DNA from: Escherichia virus TH41
Sequence record: MT446412.1
DNA: 64,000 nucleotides
Direction: 5' to 3' (one strand)
Under the pieces are notes generated by a model, which did no database searches, was not told the origin of the DNA, and saw only the letters and a program-made list of their open reading frames with translations. The stretch's first letter is position 1; every line of letters starts with the position of its first letter. The position numbers and the translations under genes are program-made. Positions 27,082-37,364 of this stretch are shown piece after piece.

Positions 27082-27288
27082 ATGTTAGAATTAATCAAAG
27101 CTGCTGGTGAAAAAGGTCTGATGGTTAACACTCGTGACCCAGAACAACGTCAAGCATTTGGTGAGTTAAAAGCCAAAGGTCTGGTTAAAGCATCCCTTGG
27201 TATTGGTAATGCTTTGCGTGTGACTTTGACCCCTGCAGGTAAAGCAATGTTCTTCCCTAAACCATTACCAAAACGTCGTCGCAAGTGA
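27082..27288 (+). CDS. small basic protein, possible DNA-binding
   Basis: 68 aa with basic C-terminus PKRRRK. Confidence 0.45.
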   Translation: MLELIKAAGEKGLMVNTRDPEQRQAFGELKAKGLVKASLGIGNALRVTLTPAGKAMFFPKPLPKRRRK

Positions 27289-27294
27289 GGAATT

Positions 27295-27597
27295 ATGAAA
27301 AAGTATGAACTTGACATGATTGAGGCATGTCTGAAATCTGCTGACCATTTTAAGTTGAAAATGCACAAGTTAAGAGGAATGGTCAAAACTTCAGAAGAGA
27401 AGAAGCGATATGCTCTGAAGGAGAAATGTAAAGCTCTTATCATGATGGATAAGCTGCAAATGGTCGCCGCAGAAGCTCACAGGACACGTAAGGCTGAGGC
27501 CCTTGGTGTTTATATGGCAGAGCAGCTTCATCGTGCCCAGCAAGCCGTTAAGAGCGTCTGGTTCAGCGGTGAAAATACTGAAAGAACTTTTAATTAA
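27295..27597 (+). CDS. hypothetical protein
   Basis: 100 aa. Confidence 0.45.
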   Translation: MKKYELDMIEACLKSADHFKLKMHKLRGMVKTSEEKKRYALKEKCKALIMMDKLQMVAAEAHRTRKAEALGVYMAEQLHRAQQAVKSVWFSGENTERTFN

Positions 27598-27599
27598 AT

Positions 27600-27629
27600 G
27601 TGTACATAGTATGGGGATAGACGTATAAT
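27600..27629 (+). promoter_or_regulatory. early promoter
   Basis: GTGTAC-18 nt-TATAAT inside inverted repeat GGGGATAG/..TTCCCAT. Confidence 0.5.
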
Positions 27630-27665
27630 GTTCCCATACTGAGTTACCAAATACTGGAGAATAAA

Positions 27666-28190
27666 ATGGAAGCCAAATCAATCTTTAATCTGATTAATTA
27701 CAATAATGGTAATTTTAAATCAGAAGCACAAAGTAAGTTCTTTAATGATGTTGCTTGTGCAGGCGAGATTACAGTATCAGGTGGTCAGACTTATAAAAAC
27801 GCCTGGAACTGGATTGTGACTGTTGATTCAGTTGGTATTGTTGATGTGTATAAAAACACCAACAAAAACCGCTCTTTGTTCTGGTCAAGAGAGACTAATG
27901 CAGAATATCAAGCGGCAAGAGCAAAGAAAAATATGCCTACTGAATCTGATGTACAAAACATCAAATCAGATATCCAATATTATGATGGTCTGATTGCTGA
28001 ACAACAAGCAGTGCTTGATAAGTTCAATGAAATCAAAGCATGTAAAGAGATTCCTGAATTCATGCGGGAATCAGTTAATGAACAATACAATCTCACTTCA
28101 GAGCGTATTGAAACCTATACCAAACAAAGAGCAGAGCGCCAGGTACTCCTTCAGAAGTTTGAAGAGCGTTTAAAGACGGTTCTCGCATAA
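27666..28190 (+). CDS. hypothetical protein
   Basis: 174 aa. Confidence 0.5.
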   Translation: MEAKSIFNLINYNNGNFKSEAQSKFFNDVACAGEITVSGGQTYKNAWNWIVTVDSVGIVDVYKNTNKNRSLFWSRETNAEYQAARAKKNMPTESDVQNIKSDIQYYDGLIAEQQAVLDKFNEIKACKEIPEFMRESVNEQYNLTSERIETYTKQRAERQVLLQKFEERLKTVLA

Positions 28191-28192
28191 AC

Positions 28193-28216
28193 GCTTTATA
28201 CCAAGGATGGTATAAT
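28193..28216 (+). promoter_or_regulatory. candidate MotA-dependent middle promoter
   Basis: GCTTTATA box, 12-nt spacer, TATAAT. Confidence 0.45.
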
Positions 28217-28253
28217 GGTTCTGACCTTTGATTAATCTATTGAGGAAATTATT

Positions 28254-29105
28254 ATGTCACAAGCAATTAATGAAATTCGTTCTGAAGTTAAAAACGCTGT
28301 TAAATTCACAGGACGTATTCCAAGCACTAAAGATGTGGTTTTAAATGTTCTGTATATGATGTGGAATAAGTTCAATGTTTGTACTAATTCTGCTGAATTC
28401 ACTAAAATCTTTGAAAAGACCAAAGGCCTTCTTACATTAGAAGACCGAGTCATGAAATCTCTTCATCGTTCGGGTATGTTGTCTCGCGCTAATGCCAAAA
28501 TTATTCTTAAAAAATATAACAAAGGTTACGACCTTTATGGTCGTGCGATTAGCACCATGACGTTTGATGAAGTGGTTAAAGACCTTTGGAAGAACCAACG
28601 CCGTTTGCTGGCGCTTGGTGCGCGTCTTGCGAGTGGTCAAGATAAACAAATGACCTTTAAAACCAATAATTCTTTAGATTATAAACTATTTAATGTTATT
28701 AAAGGTCAAAATGAAGGTGAATACAGTATTTCTTCTTTTAGTGGATGTCAATACGAAAACTGGAAATTCCATCTTCGTTTGGCGTTGTCTGTACTGGAAT
28801 GTCATGGTGTTCTTACCTTTTATGATGTTCAAACTGGAGGCGTCCAGCGTATTAAATTATGTCAAATTAAAGACCAAGTTGAAGTCGAGAGTCCTTCAGA
28901 ACAAGCTCCTAAAATGGAACCTGTTCCAGTGCGAAGCAATGAAAAATATTCAGAGCAAATTGAGCTTTTCACTAAACAGATTGAAGAACTTAACATCACC
29001 ATCCAGCAACAAGATGATGAAATTTTCCGCCTGACAGGATTGAACAGTGCAGCGAAAGCTGAACGTCAGAAACTGATGAACGTTATTGAATTACTTAAGG
29101 ATTAA
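28254..29105 (+). CDS. hypothetical protein with C-terminal coiled coil
   Basis: 283 aa. Confidence 0.55.
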   Translation: MSQAINEIRSEVKNAVKFTGRIPSTKDVVLNVLYMMWNKFNVCTNSAEFTKIFEKTKGLLTLEDRVMKSLHRSGMLSRANAKIILKKYNKGYDLYGRAISTMTFDEVVKDLWKNQRRLLALGARLASGQDKQMTFKTNNSLDYKLFNVIKGQNEGEYSISSFSGCQYENWKFHLRLALSVLECHGVLTFYDVQTGGVQRIKLCQIKDQVEVESPSEQAPKMEPVPVRSNEKYSEQIELFTKQIEELNITIQQQDDEIFRLTGLNSAAKAERQKLMNVIELLKD

Positions 29106-29189
29106 TAATGGAATGGCTTGCTGTTCTTGGTTATGTAATTGCCGCCACAGGTATTCTGTGGCTTATATTCTCAAATATTGTAGGTTAAT

Positions 29190-29405
29190 ATGGAAATCGT
29201 AGGTTTTATTCTCCTTTACTTTGTGCTAGGATTCATGACGACCATTATCATTCATAAATCGGGTGATTGGAATCCAATCGAAATTGAATCAAGCTATGAC
29301 GCAGTATTCATTACACTAGTATGGCCTCTGCTTTGGTTTGTTTGGGCAATTATGATGGTGTTTTGGCCTATTGCTAAATTCTATGAAAAATTATTTGGAC
29401 TATGA
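29190..29405 (+). CDS. small membrane protein
   Basis: 71 aa, two TM helices. Confidence 0.45.
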   Translation: MEIVGFILLYFVLGFMTTIIIHKSGDWNPIEIESSYDAVFITLVWPLLWFVWAIMMVFWPIAKFYEKLFGL

Positions 29406-29406
29406 T

Positions 29407-30288
29407 ATGAAAATTAAAACACGTAAAGAATATTCTCGATTTGAACAGCGTGAAGGACGTGCAACCCGTCTTATCGCGATGAATTCTCTGGTTAACTTTG
29501 GCAAAATTAAATCAGGTTCTGCCACCCAGGGTTATGGCCAACGTATTGTAAGAATTAACTCTCTGAATGATTACTGCCGCCGCCCGGCGTTTTTGTTTGG
29601 TGCTACGGTTCGTAAGAGCATCAAGGAACTCCTGGCAGCTGGACTTCGTATTCGTAAAGCTCCGGTTAACATCAAGAACTATAATTTCAATTCCAGTAAC
29701 TTGATTATCAATATCAAGAATGATGGCGTGCAGATTAAGTTCAAGCCAACCACCAAGGGCGATGTTGCTCTTTGTGATACCTTTAAAGAGGTTATGGGTA
29801 TTGCACTGTTTTATATGCGTTATGCCGTTGAAGCATACACGTTTGAAGAAGATACAAATTATATCCATCAAACAGAAAAATTCCTTAAAACTATAGTCAT
29901 TGATATTAAATTAACTAAAGAATATCTTTTGTCTTATGCTCCTTATCAAGAGAAAAAGGAACCAGAAATGGCGGAACGTATCCCTACTGCATCATATGGT
30001 CCAGCATTTGCGGGTCAGTTTAAATCTTATGACCAGGCTAAAATTTCGCCACTGGACGTTAAAAACATGTACAAATGGAAAGTCCAACCATCCAGCTCTC
30101 TTGAAATCTTTAACCCACCAATGAAGCCTATTGAGAGCTATCATGCTGATGCTATCCAGGAATCAGTTAACCGCTTAAATGGTCTGATTGAAGATGAGAA
30201 AAAGGGTATCCAGGATGTCCTGAATCGCATCAAGAACATGGAAACGCAACGCAATAAATTGCAAGCTGCAATCAAAGCATTAAAATAA
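29407..30288 (+). CDS. hypothetical protein with C-terminal coiled coil
   Basis: 293 aa from ATG 29407. Confidence 0.5.
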   Translation: MKIKTRKEYSRFEQREGRATRLIAMNSLVNFGKIKSGSATQGYGQRIVRINSLNDYCRRPAFLFGATVRKSIKELLAAGLRIRKAPVNIKNYNFNSSNLIINIKNDGVQIKFKPTTKGDVALCDTFKEVMGIALFYMRYAVEAYTFEEDTNYIHQTEKFLKTIVIDIKLTKEYLLSYAPYQEKKEPEMAERIPTASYGPAFAGQFKSYDQAKISPLDVKNMYKWKVQPSSSLEIFNPPMKPIESYHADAIQESVNRLNGLIEDEKKGIQDVLNRIKNMETQRNKLQAAIKALK

Positions 30289-30289
30289 T

Positions 30290-30319
30290 GTTTACTTCCA
30301 AGGATGGAGGGAGTATAAT
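30290..30319 (+). promoter_or_regulatory. early promoter
   Basis: GTTTAC-18 nt-TATAAT. Confidence 0.5.
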
Positions 30320-30346
30320 GAATTCCTACTTTATGAGGAGAACACT

Positions 30347-31336
30347 ATGACACGTAACGAATATATCCAGGCCTTTAACGCAACTATCGACACAAAAGTA
30401 AAACCATTAATAGGCGAATTGGCTATCCTTTTAATTATCAATTATTGGTTAAATCAGATTGACTCGACGATTGTTGCATCTGGGCGCTTCAAGAAAGACA
30501 TTGCAACTATTGCGAGTCGTGCTGGTAACGATGATATCAAGAAAACTTTTAAAAGTTCCCGAGTCCTGGCATACCTGGTTAATAAAGACCTTCTTAATAA
30601 GTTTGGTGTTGAATCCAGGCGTGGTAAAGGTACAATTGGATATCATTGGTTTGGCGATGTTGAAAAATACTATCTTGATAAACAAGGCTATACTGCTTCT
30701 GAATTCGCAAATTGTTGGGCTCGTGAATTCAGAGATAACAAAATGTCTATCATCAAATCAGCGACAAAAATGATGGATGGTGATTACCGCACTATCTGCC
30801 ATTTGGCAGAGCACATGATAAATGTTAAAGAGTCTGGCGAAAACCAGGTAATTATTACAGTTAAGTATGAATTCTTTACGCCAGTGGCTACTCCAGAAAA
30901 TGTCAAAAAGTATCTTGATGCTGCGAGCGCGCTTACTTCACAGCTGCAGTGCGCCCTTAACTATATGCGCACTGTTGAAAAAATTAAAGTAGACCCTATC
31001 ACCAGTACTCATGGTTGGAAAGGTTGGAAAATTGTGGCGACATTGCGTGAAGTTAAATGTGCAAAACAACCAACTGTTGCAGAAATTTATAAAAAGAAAA
31101 GTGAGGAAATTATGAATGCACCACAAGAAACCACCCTTGAAGACCTGATTGATAATCTGAATAATGAGCCAGTGGAACAAAAAGCGCCTGAAATTGTTGC
31201 TCTGGAAATGGCGTATAATAAAGCTCTTGCTGTTAATAAAAAGGCAACTGAAGACTATACCAAAGCCAAGCGACTTTGGGAAGAATCAACTAATCGTCTG
31301 GATAAACTGGAACAGGCTCTGGAGCTGCTGAAATGA
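30347..31336 (+). CDS. hypothetical protein with C-terminal coiled coil
   Basis: 329 aa. Confidence 0.55.
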   Translation: MTRNEYIQAFNATIDTKVKPLIGELAILLIINYWLNQIDSTIVASGRFKKDIATIASRAGNDDIKKTFKSSRVLAYLVNKDLLNKFGVESRRGKGTIGYHWFGDVEKYYLDKQGYTASEFANCWAREFRDNKMSIIKSATKMMDGDYRTICHLAEHMINVKESGENQVIITVKYEFFTPVATPENVKKYLDAASALTSQLQCALNYMRTVEKIKVDPITSTHGWKGWKIVATLREVKCAKQPTVAEIYKKKSEEIMNAPQETTLEDLIDNLNNEPVEQKAPEIVALEMAYNKALAVNKKATEDYTKAKRLWEESTNRLDKLEQALELLK

Positions 31337-31650
31337 AACAACGTTTAGCTGAAGATATTGCTTCAGCATCTAATACAGGTTTATTGGAATTTATTAAAGA
31401 AGCCGACCTTGCTGAAGTTGAACTGAATGGTAAGATTCATGGCTGTGATGATTATAGCCAAGATATTCCTGATTGGAATGCTATTATTAAAATTGTCGAA
31501 CGTCGTGAAAAAGCTTCTAAGAACGTTCCGAACTGTCCTATGTGTGGAACCGAACAGGTCCAGTTGGTTCAATGGCGGCATAATCCGCTTCAATATAAAT
31601 GCAGACATTGTAAACACCGATTTGAGCGAGAAGAAAATGGCAAAGCGTAA
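31333..31650 (+). CDS. zinc-ribbon protein
   Basis: CPMCGTEQ...CRHCKHRF. Confidence 0.5.
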   Translation: MKQRLAEDIASASNTGLLEFIKEADLAEVELNGKIHGCDDYSQDIPDWNAIIKIVERREKASKNVPNCPMCGTEQVQLVQWRHNPLQYKCRHCKHRFEREENGKA

Positions 31651-31879
31651 AGAATATGTTGAGACCGCTGAAAGAGTGGTCCGTGAATTAACTCTGGCTT
31701 ATTATAAAGAACACGGTAAACTTCCGGATAGTTATTCAGTATTGAAATCTGCTTTAACTCGTTCATATAATAATATGCGTTCAGAAGTTTATGGTATTAT
31801 GGTCAAACATAAAGAACAAACCGGTCAATACCCCGATTATACTGAGACCTTCAAACAAGTATTAGGAATTAAGGAATAA
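31637..31879 (+). CDS. hypothetical protein
   Basis: 81 aa. Confidence 0.45.
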   Translation: MAKRKEYVETAERVVRELTLAYYKEHGKLPDSYSVLKSALTRSYNNMRSEVYGIMVKHKEQTGQYPDYTETFKQVLGIKE

Positions 31880-31880
31880 T

Positions 31881-32144
31881 ATGTTTAAAGTATATGGTTA
31901 CGATTCATCTATCCATCGCTGTGTTTTCTGTGATAATGCAAAACGTTTACTTGACGTTAAAAAACAACCTTACGAATTCATTAACGTTATGCCTGAAAAA
32001 GGTGTGTTTGATGATGAGAAGATTGCTCAACTCCTGGTTGCGCTTGGTCGCGAATCCCAAATTGGTTTGACCATGCCGCAAGTATTTGCCCCTGATGGAA
32101 GTCATATTGGTGGCTTCGACCAACTGCGAGCTTATTTTAAATGA
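31881..32144 (+). CDS. nrdC: thioredoxin/glutaredoxin NrdC
   Basis: MFKVYGYDS.IH.CV.CDNAKRLL.VKKQP.EFIN.MPEKGVFDDEKIA.LL..LGR..QIGLTMPQVFAPDGSHIGGFDQLR.YFK, near-identical to T4 NrdC. Confidence 0.95.
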   Translation: MFKVYGYDSSIHRCVFCDNAKRLLDVKKQPYEFINVMPEKGVFDDEKIAQLLVALGRESQIGLTMPQVFAPDGSHIGGFDQLRAYFK

Positions 32145-32304
32145 TTGAATTATTGTTGGGTGTTTTGTATCTTATCATCGGTATTGGTTATGCTAAGACC
32201 CTAGCTAAATTAGATGATTTCGGTGCAGGTGACTTTTGTTGGTGGCTGACGTCTATGATTTGTTGGCCTTTATTTCTGGTTGGTGCTTCATTCTGGAACT
32301 TTAA

Positions 32305-32493
32305 ATGACCGAATTTGATATGGCTTATGAAACCTGCGCAAGAGAGTTCACAAGAGAGTTTGATACTCCTGCGCTTAGTAAAGAAACCGTATTGGCAAAT
32401 CTCCCGGATTGGTTAAAAGAAGAAGCCAACAAATGGGGTTGGACTGATACTTGTGTACGCGACCAGCTATTTGAATTTATGGTGGAATTATGA
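32305..32493 (+). CDS. hypothetical protein
   Basis: 62 aa. Confidence 0.4.
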   Translation: MTEFDMAYETCAREFTREFDTPALSKETVLANLPDWLKEEANKWGWTDTCVRDQLFEFMVEL

Positions 32494-32798
32494 GTGAATT
32501 AGACGGACAAACAATTTATCTGGGTGACGGTAAAGAAGACGACCTGGAATATAAACTCTATGAATATATGGTAGCCTTGGCGAAAGAAGAAGGTATTGAC
32601 TTTGCTGTGGCTAACCCGTATGGCGAGAACACTGTTGTAATCGGCGGCACTGCTTATGAAGTCCAATGGCAATATGTTGGACTTGAATCTGAAATATACG
32701 AAGAAGATAAGCATGGCGATTGGCATCCGGTTGGTCCTTGGTACTGGGACGACGGCGAGCCTGATTTTGAAGTATCAAGCTATTGGAGTGACCAATGA
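32490..32798 (+). CDS. acidic hypothetical protein
   Basis: 102 aa. Confidence 0.45.
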   Translation: MSELDGQTIYLGDGKEDDLEYKLYEYMVALAKEEGIDFAVANPYGENTVVIGGTAYEVQWQYVGLESEIYEEDKHGDWHPVGPWYWDDGEPDFEVSSYWSDQ

Positions 32799-33115
32799 CT
32801 ATTGAAAATGAATTAGATGTTGATGCTGTTTTAAGCGAAATCATTGAAGACCATGACGCGTTTACTGAATCATACGAGTTTGAATTTTCGGACTACCTGG
32901 TTCCGGTTGAATTAGGCGAATGGACACAAACCGGCAAATACCAATATCGCCAGGCAATTTATTTCAGCAAAAAACATAATGTGCATGTGGCTGTAAACGA
33001 AACTCGTACCGGCTCTTATCATACTGACTGGGACCATACGGTCCCGACTGTTGAACTGGTTAAGCTCCAAGAACGTGTCGTAACCCAAACTATCAGAGAA
33101 TGGATTACGCTATAA
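32795..33115 (+). CDS. hypothetical protein
   Basis: 106 aa. Confidence 0.45.
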   Translation: MTIENELDVDAVLSEIIEDHDAFTESYEFEFSDYLVPVELGEWTQTGKYQYRQAIYFSKKHNVHVAVNETRTGSYHTDWDHTVPTVELVKLQERVVTQTIREWITL

Positions 33116-33232
33116 AACCATGGTATACCGCTCGATGGGAAACTGTCGAGCCAGAGGAACCTGTTTACAACGATTCCGAAATAGATTATAATGAACCTTC
33201 AAACAATGATTTAATTGATATGGAGTTTGGAT

Positions 33233-33406
33233 ATGAGTACCAAAATTGAAGTTGGCCGTCATAAAGGCCGTCTGATTGAGCATTCGCTTTACGAATTGTC
33301 GGATTCTCGTAAGTTACCCGATGAAGAATCTGCTTTAATTTTTGCTGCAGCTGACTACATTCATTGGCTTGAAGCCCAACTCCGCTTTTCTGATGAGGCC
33401 TTTTAA
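33233..33406 (+). CDS. hypothetical protein
   Basis: about 57 aa from internal ATG. Confidence 0.35.
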   Translation: MSTKIEVGRHKGRLIEHSLYELSDSRKLPDEESALIFAAADYIHWLEAQLRFSDEAF

Positions 33407-33678
33407 TGTTTTTAGAAATTGTTAATATTCATGCTGCGGCTCAATCAGGTTTTATGAAAGAGCTTCAAGACGCAGGATTTAAAAATGGCGATGTTATCCA
33501 GGCGTTAAGACAACGTTTTGACCCTGATGTTGAATGTAATGTTTGGGACGTTGTTGAAACAGATGAATACCTTTTTGATACCATAGAAATTGAAGGGTCA
33601 TGGACCTGTATCACTGAGTATATGATAATTGATAATGGTAACGTTGACTGCCATTATCCTTGTTTTAGGATTGTTTAA
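33406..33678 (+). CDS. hypothetical protein
   Basis: 90 aa. Confidence 0.45.
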   Translation: MFLEIVNIHAAAQSGFMKELQDAGFKNGDVIQALRQRFDPDVECNVWDVVETDEYLFDTIEIEGSWTCITEYMIIDNGNVDCHYPCFRIV

Positions 33679-33983
33679 TGAAAACTGCATTAGTCTATAC
33701 CGAAAAGTTAAACGGTGACAAGGTCTGGAAACTTCTTATCAAAGGAAGTCCTACTGACCAGTTTATGGCCACCTGTGTGGGATTGTATACTCGTCCTACC
33801 AAAAAGATGATTCGTCAATTTAAACGGTTGCATCGTTCGTTCTATGGGGTCTGATATGGATGCTCTTATTACGGTATTTTGGGCCGGAGTTGCTTTATTC
33901 GGATTGTTGTTAGTGCTAAGTTGCACTGCTAAACTATTAGGATATTAATAAATACCCTTATCTAATAATGGTAAGGGTTTATT

Positions 33984-34457
33984 ATGTTGTTGACTGGCAA
34001 ATTATACAAAGAAGAAAAACAAAAACTTTATGATGCACAAGCTGGTAAGTGTCCAATTTGCCACCGTGATTTGGACTCCGATGTTCAGGCCAACCATCTT
34101 GACCATGACCACGAATTGAACGGGCCAAAAGCTGGTAAGGTTCGCGGGTTACTATGCAATCTGTGCAATGGAACAGAAGGACAAATGAAGCATAAGTTCA
34201 GCCGTTCGGGTCTAAAAGGTCGCAATGTTGACTACCTGGAATGGTTAGAGAGTTTGCTTGTCTATCTGAAATCTGATTATACCGAAAACAATATTCACCC
34301 TAATTTTGTGGCAGACAAAGCCAAAGAGTTCGGTCGTCTGGGGAAAGAAGAAATGATTCGGGAAATGCTTTTGAACGGTATGACTTATAATGAATCTGAC
34401 ACAAAAACACAATTAATGGCTTCATTTAAGAAGCAGCTTAGAAAGAGTTTAAAATGA
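33984..34457 (+). CDS. 49: endonuclease VII (Holliday junction resolvase gp49)
   Basis: MLLTGKLYKEEKQK.YDAQ.GKC.IC.R.L..DVQANHLDHDHELNGPKAGKVRGLLCNLCN closely matches T4 gp49. Confidence 0.95.
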   Translation: MLLTGKLYKEEKQKLYDAQAGKCPICHRDLDSDVQANHLDHDHELNGPKAGKVRGLLCNLCNGTEGQMKHKFSRSGLKGRNVDYLEWLESLLVYLKSDYTENNIHPNFVADKAKEFGRLGKEEMIREMLLNGMTYNESDTKTQLMASFKKQLRKSLK

Positions 34458-36271
34458 CAATTGAAAACGAAATTGAAGGATTGATTCATAAAACTAATAA
34501 AGACCTTTTAAACGAGAATGCTAATAAAGATTCTCGTGTTTTTCCAACTCAACGGGACCTTATGGCTGGTATTGTATCTAAACACATTGCCAAAAATATG
34601 GTCGCGTCTTTTATTATGAAAGCACATGAAAGCGGAATTATTCATTTCCATGATATTGATTATTCCCCTGCTCTTCCATTTACTAATTGCTGTTTAGTAG
34701 ATTTAAAAGGAATGCTTGAGAACGGGTTTAAGCTCGGTAATGCACAGATTGAAACTCCTAAATCAATCAGTGTTGCTACTGCAATTATGGCACAAATTAC
34801 TGCGCAGGTTGCTTCCCATCAATATGGCGGAACGACTTTTGCGAATGTAGATAAAGTACTTTCTCCTTATGTTAAACGTACCTATGCGAAACATATTGAG
34901 GACGCGGAAAAATGGCAAATCACTGATGCGTTGAATTATGCTCAATCTAAAACAGAAAAAGACGTATATGATGCATTCCAAGCTTATGAATATGAAGTAA
35001 ATACTCTCTTTAGTTCAAATGGTCAGACTCCTTTTGTGACAATTACATTTGGTACTGGAACTGACTGGACTGAACGAATGATTCAGAAAGCAATTCTGAA
35101 AAATCGTATTAAAGGTCTTGGTCGTGATGGGATAACTCCTATTTTCCCTAAACTTGTTATGTTTGTTGAAGAAGGTGTTAATCTTTATAAAGACGACCCG
35201 AACTATGATATTAAGCAGCTTGCTTTAGAGTGTGCAAGCAAAAGAATGTATCCTGATATCATTTCAGCTAAGAATAACAAAGCTATCACTGGTTCATTTA
35301 TTCCTGTTTCTCCAATGGGTTGCCGTAGTTTCTTGGGCGTATGGAAAGATTCGACTGGTAATGAAATTCTTGATGGACGTAATAATCTTGGTGTTGTAAC
35401 ACTGAATCTTCCTCGCATTGCATTAGATTCTTATATTGGAACACAGTTCAATGAACAGAAATTTACTGAATTGTTCAATGAGCGAATGGATTTATGTTTT
35501 GAAGCTTTGATGTGTAGAATTAGTTCCTTAAAAGGAGTTAAAGCGACTGTTGCTCCTATTCTTTATCAAGAAGGTGCATTCGGGGTTCGTCTTAAACCTG
35601 ATGACGATATAATTGAGTTATTTAAAAACGGTAGAAGTTCAGTATCCCTGGGATACATCGGTATTCACGAATTGAATATTCTTGTCGGTCGTGATATTGG
35701 GCAAGAAATTTTGACTAAAATGAATGCTCGTCTTAAGCAGTGGACTGAAAGAACCGGATTTGCTTTTAGCTTGTATTCTACACCTGCTGAAAACCTGTGT
35801 TATCGCTTCTGTAAACTCGATACCGAAAAATATGGAAGTGTAAAAGATGTTACTGATAAAGGCTGGTACACTAACAGTTTCCATGTTTCAGTAGAAGAAA
35901 ATATTACTCCGTTTGAAAAGATTTCTCGTGAAGCCCCATATCATTTCATTGCGACAGGCGGTCACATTTCTTATGTTGAACTTCCTGATATGAAAAATAA
36001 CTTAAAAGGTCTTGAGGCTGTATGGGATTATGCTGCACAGCATTTAGATTATTTTGGTGTTAATATGCCAGTGGATAAATGTTTTACATGTGGAAGTACC
36101 CATGAAATGACTCCTACTGAAAACGGATTTGTTTGTTCTATTTGTGGAGAAACTGACCCTAAAAAGATGAACACAATAAGAAGAACATGCGGCTATTTGG
36201 GAAATCCGAACGAACGCGGATTTAATCTCGGCAAAAATAAAGAAATCATGCATAGGGTTAAACACCAATGA
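34454..36271 (+). CDS. nrdD: anaerobic ribonucleoside-triphosphate reductase NrdD
   Basis: 605 aa with C-terminal glycyl-radical motif RTCGYLG and zinc ribbon CxxC..CxxC; uninterrupted. Confidence 0.95.
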   Translation: MTIENEIEGLIHKTNKDLLNENANKDSRVFPTQRDLMAGIVSKHIAKNMVASFIMKAHESGIIHFHDIDYSPALPFTNCCLVDLKGMLENGFKLGNAQIETPKSISVATAIMAQITAQVASHQYGGTTFANVDKVLSPYVKRTYAKHIEDAEKWQITDALNYAQSKTEKDVYDAFQAYEYEVNTLFSSNGQTPFVTITFGTGTDWTERMIQKAILKNRIKGLGRDGITPIFPKLVMFVEEGVNLYKDDPNYDIKQLALECASKRMYPDIISAKNNKAITGSFIPVSPMGCRSFLGVWKDSTGNEILDGRNNLGVVTLNLPRIALDSYIGTQFNEQKFTELFNERMDLCFEALMCRISSLKGVKATVAPILYQEGAFGVRLKPDDDIIELFKNGRSSVSLGYIGIHELNILVGRDIGQEILTKMNARLKQWTERTGFAFSLYSTPAENLCYRFCKLDTEKYGSVKDVTDKGWYTNSFHVSVEENITPFEKISREAPYHFIATGGHISYVELPDMKNNLKGLEAVWDYAAQHLDYFGVNMPVDKCFTCGSTHEMTPTENGFVCSICGETDPKKMNTIRRTCGYLGNPNERGFNLGKNKEIMHRVKHQ

Positions 36272-36738
36272 ATTATGATAGAATTTATCCTTGCGATTTT
36301 GTGAATGGCCCTGGTTGTAGGGTCGTTCTTTTCGTTACAGGTTGTTTGCATAAATGCGAAGGGTGTTATAATAAATCAACATGGAATGCTAGAAATGGTG
36401 TTCCATTCACTGGTGAAACACTAGAACAATTAATTGAATGTTTGAATAATGATTATATAGAAGGATTAACTATAACCGGAGGAGACCCTCTCTATCCTGA
36501 TAACCGAGATGTTATTCACTCTGTGGTTCAAACTATTAAAAATCTTTATCCCAATAAAAGCATTTGGATGTGGACAGGATATAAGTTTGAAGATATTAAA
36601 CAACTAGAAATGCTTAAATATGTTGATGTTATTATTGATGGGAAGTATGAGAAAAATCTTCCGACCAAAAAACTGTGGCGAGGGTCAGATAATCAGCGAC
36701 TTTGGTCAAATACCGATGGGGTGTGGAAACATGATTAA
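36268..36738 (+). CDS. nrdG: anaerobic RNR activating protein NrdG (radical SAM)
   Basis: CLHKCEGC radical-SAM cluster motif; downstream of nrdD. Confidence 0.9.
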   Translation: MNYDRIYPCDFVNGPGCRVVLFVTGCLHKCEGCYNKSTWNARNGVPFTGETLEQLIECLNNDYIEGLTITGGDPLYPDNRDVIHSVVQTIKNLYPNKSIWMWTGYKFEDIKQLEMLKYVDVIIDGKYEKNLPTKKLWRGSDNQRLWSNTDGVWKHD

Positions 36739-36852
36739 ATTGAATTACATTATGGGTACTATAAATGATATGATTTTTCATTTTGGTCCAGAATTTTATT
36801 CGCAGTATAGTTTAGTGCTTATCAATGCTTGGTTAATCAATTAAGGGTAAAT

Positions 36853-37068
36853 ATGGATAAATTTCGTAATGCTGCAGCAGATATTCTGGCAAACATAACG
36901 CTTGTGTTGTTCATCGTTTGCCTGCTTATTCTGGCTATTCCGTTTGGTTTGCTGTTTGTTATCATCGGTTGGTTAAGTACCAATCCTGGCCTCGAAAGCT
37001 CTGAATTCAACAAACGAATCCAGGCTATCCATAATACCATCGCAAAAATGATGAAGGTGAAAGAATGA
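36853..37068 (+). CDS. small membrane protein
   Basis: TM helix LVLFIVCLLILAIPFGLLFVIIGWL. Confidence 0.45.
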   Translation: MDKFRNAAADILANITLVLFIVCLLILAIPFGLLFVIIGWLSTNPGLESSEFNKRIQAIHNTIAKMMKVKE

Positions 37069-37364
37069 AACGTTTTGAAGAATATGTAACTACTAATTGG
37101 ACCGCGTGGGACAAGTTCGGTGATGAATGGTACTTCCACGACTGTGACCTGAACCCGGAATTCTTTGTCGATAAGGAAGAAGACCTTAAAGACATCTATG
37201 CTCTATCAGAGATTCACGGAATCAAACCGACGGTTTATTTCAGCTTCGACGATACCAGATTTCTTATTCGGATTTATGTTCCATACGAAACCGTTGATGA
37301 TGAAGAAGATATTACAACCTGGGACTACCAAGGAGTGATTTCCTGTGGACCAAAAGTTAACTAA
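37065..37364 (+). CDS. acidic hypothetical protein
   Basis: 99 aa. Confidence 0.45.
   Translation: MKRFEEYVTTNWTAWDKFGDEWYFHDCDLNPEFFVDKEEDLKDIYALSEIHGIKPTVYFSFDDTRFLIRIYVPYETVDDEEDITTWDYQGVISCGPKVN

Noticed and set aside
28693-29034. 113-aa + strand ORF and similar same-strand alternative-frame ORFs (e.g. 2888..3070, 6619..6876)
   Set aside because: Embedded in alternative frames of longer ORFs with better start contexts; low-complexity translations.
34454-36271. Group I intron or homing endonuclease in nrdD (as in T4)
   Set aside because: nrdD reads as a single uninterrupted 605-aa ORF and no GIY-YIG or HNH-type ORF was seen anywhere in the window apart from gp49 itself.
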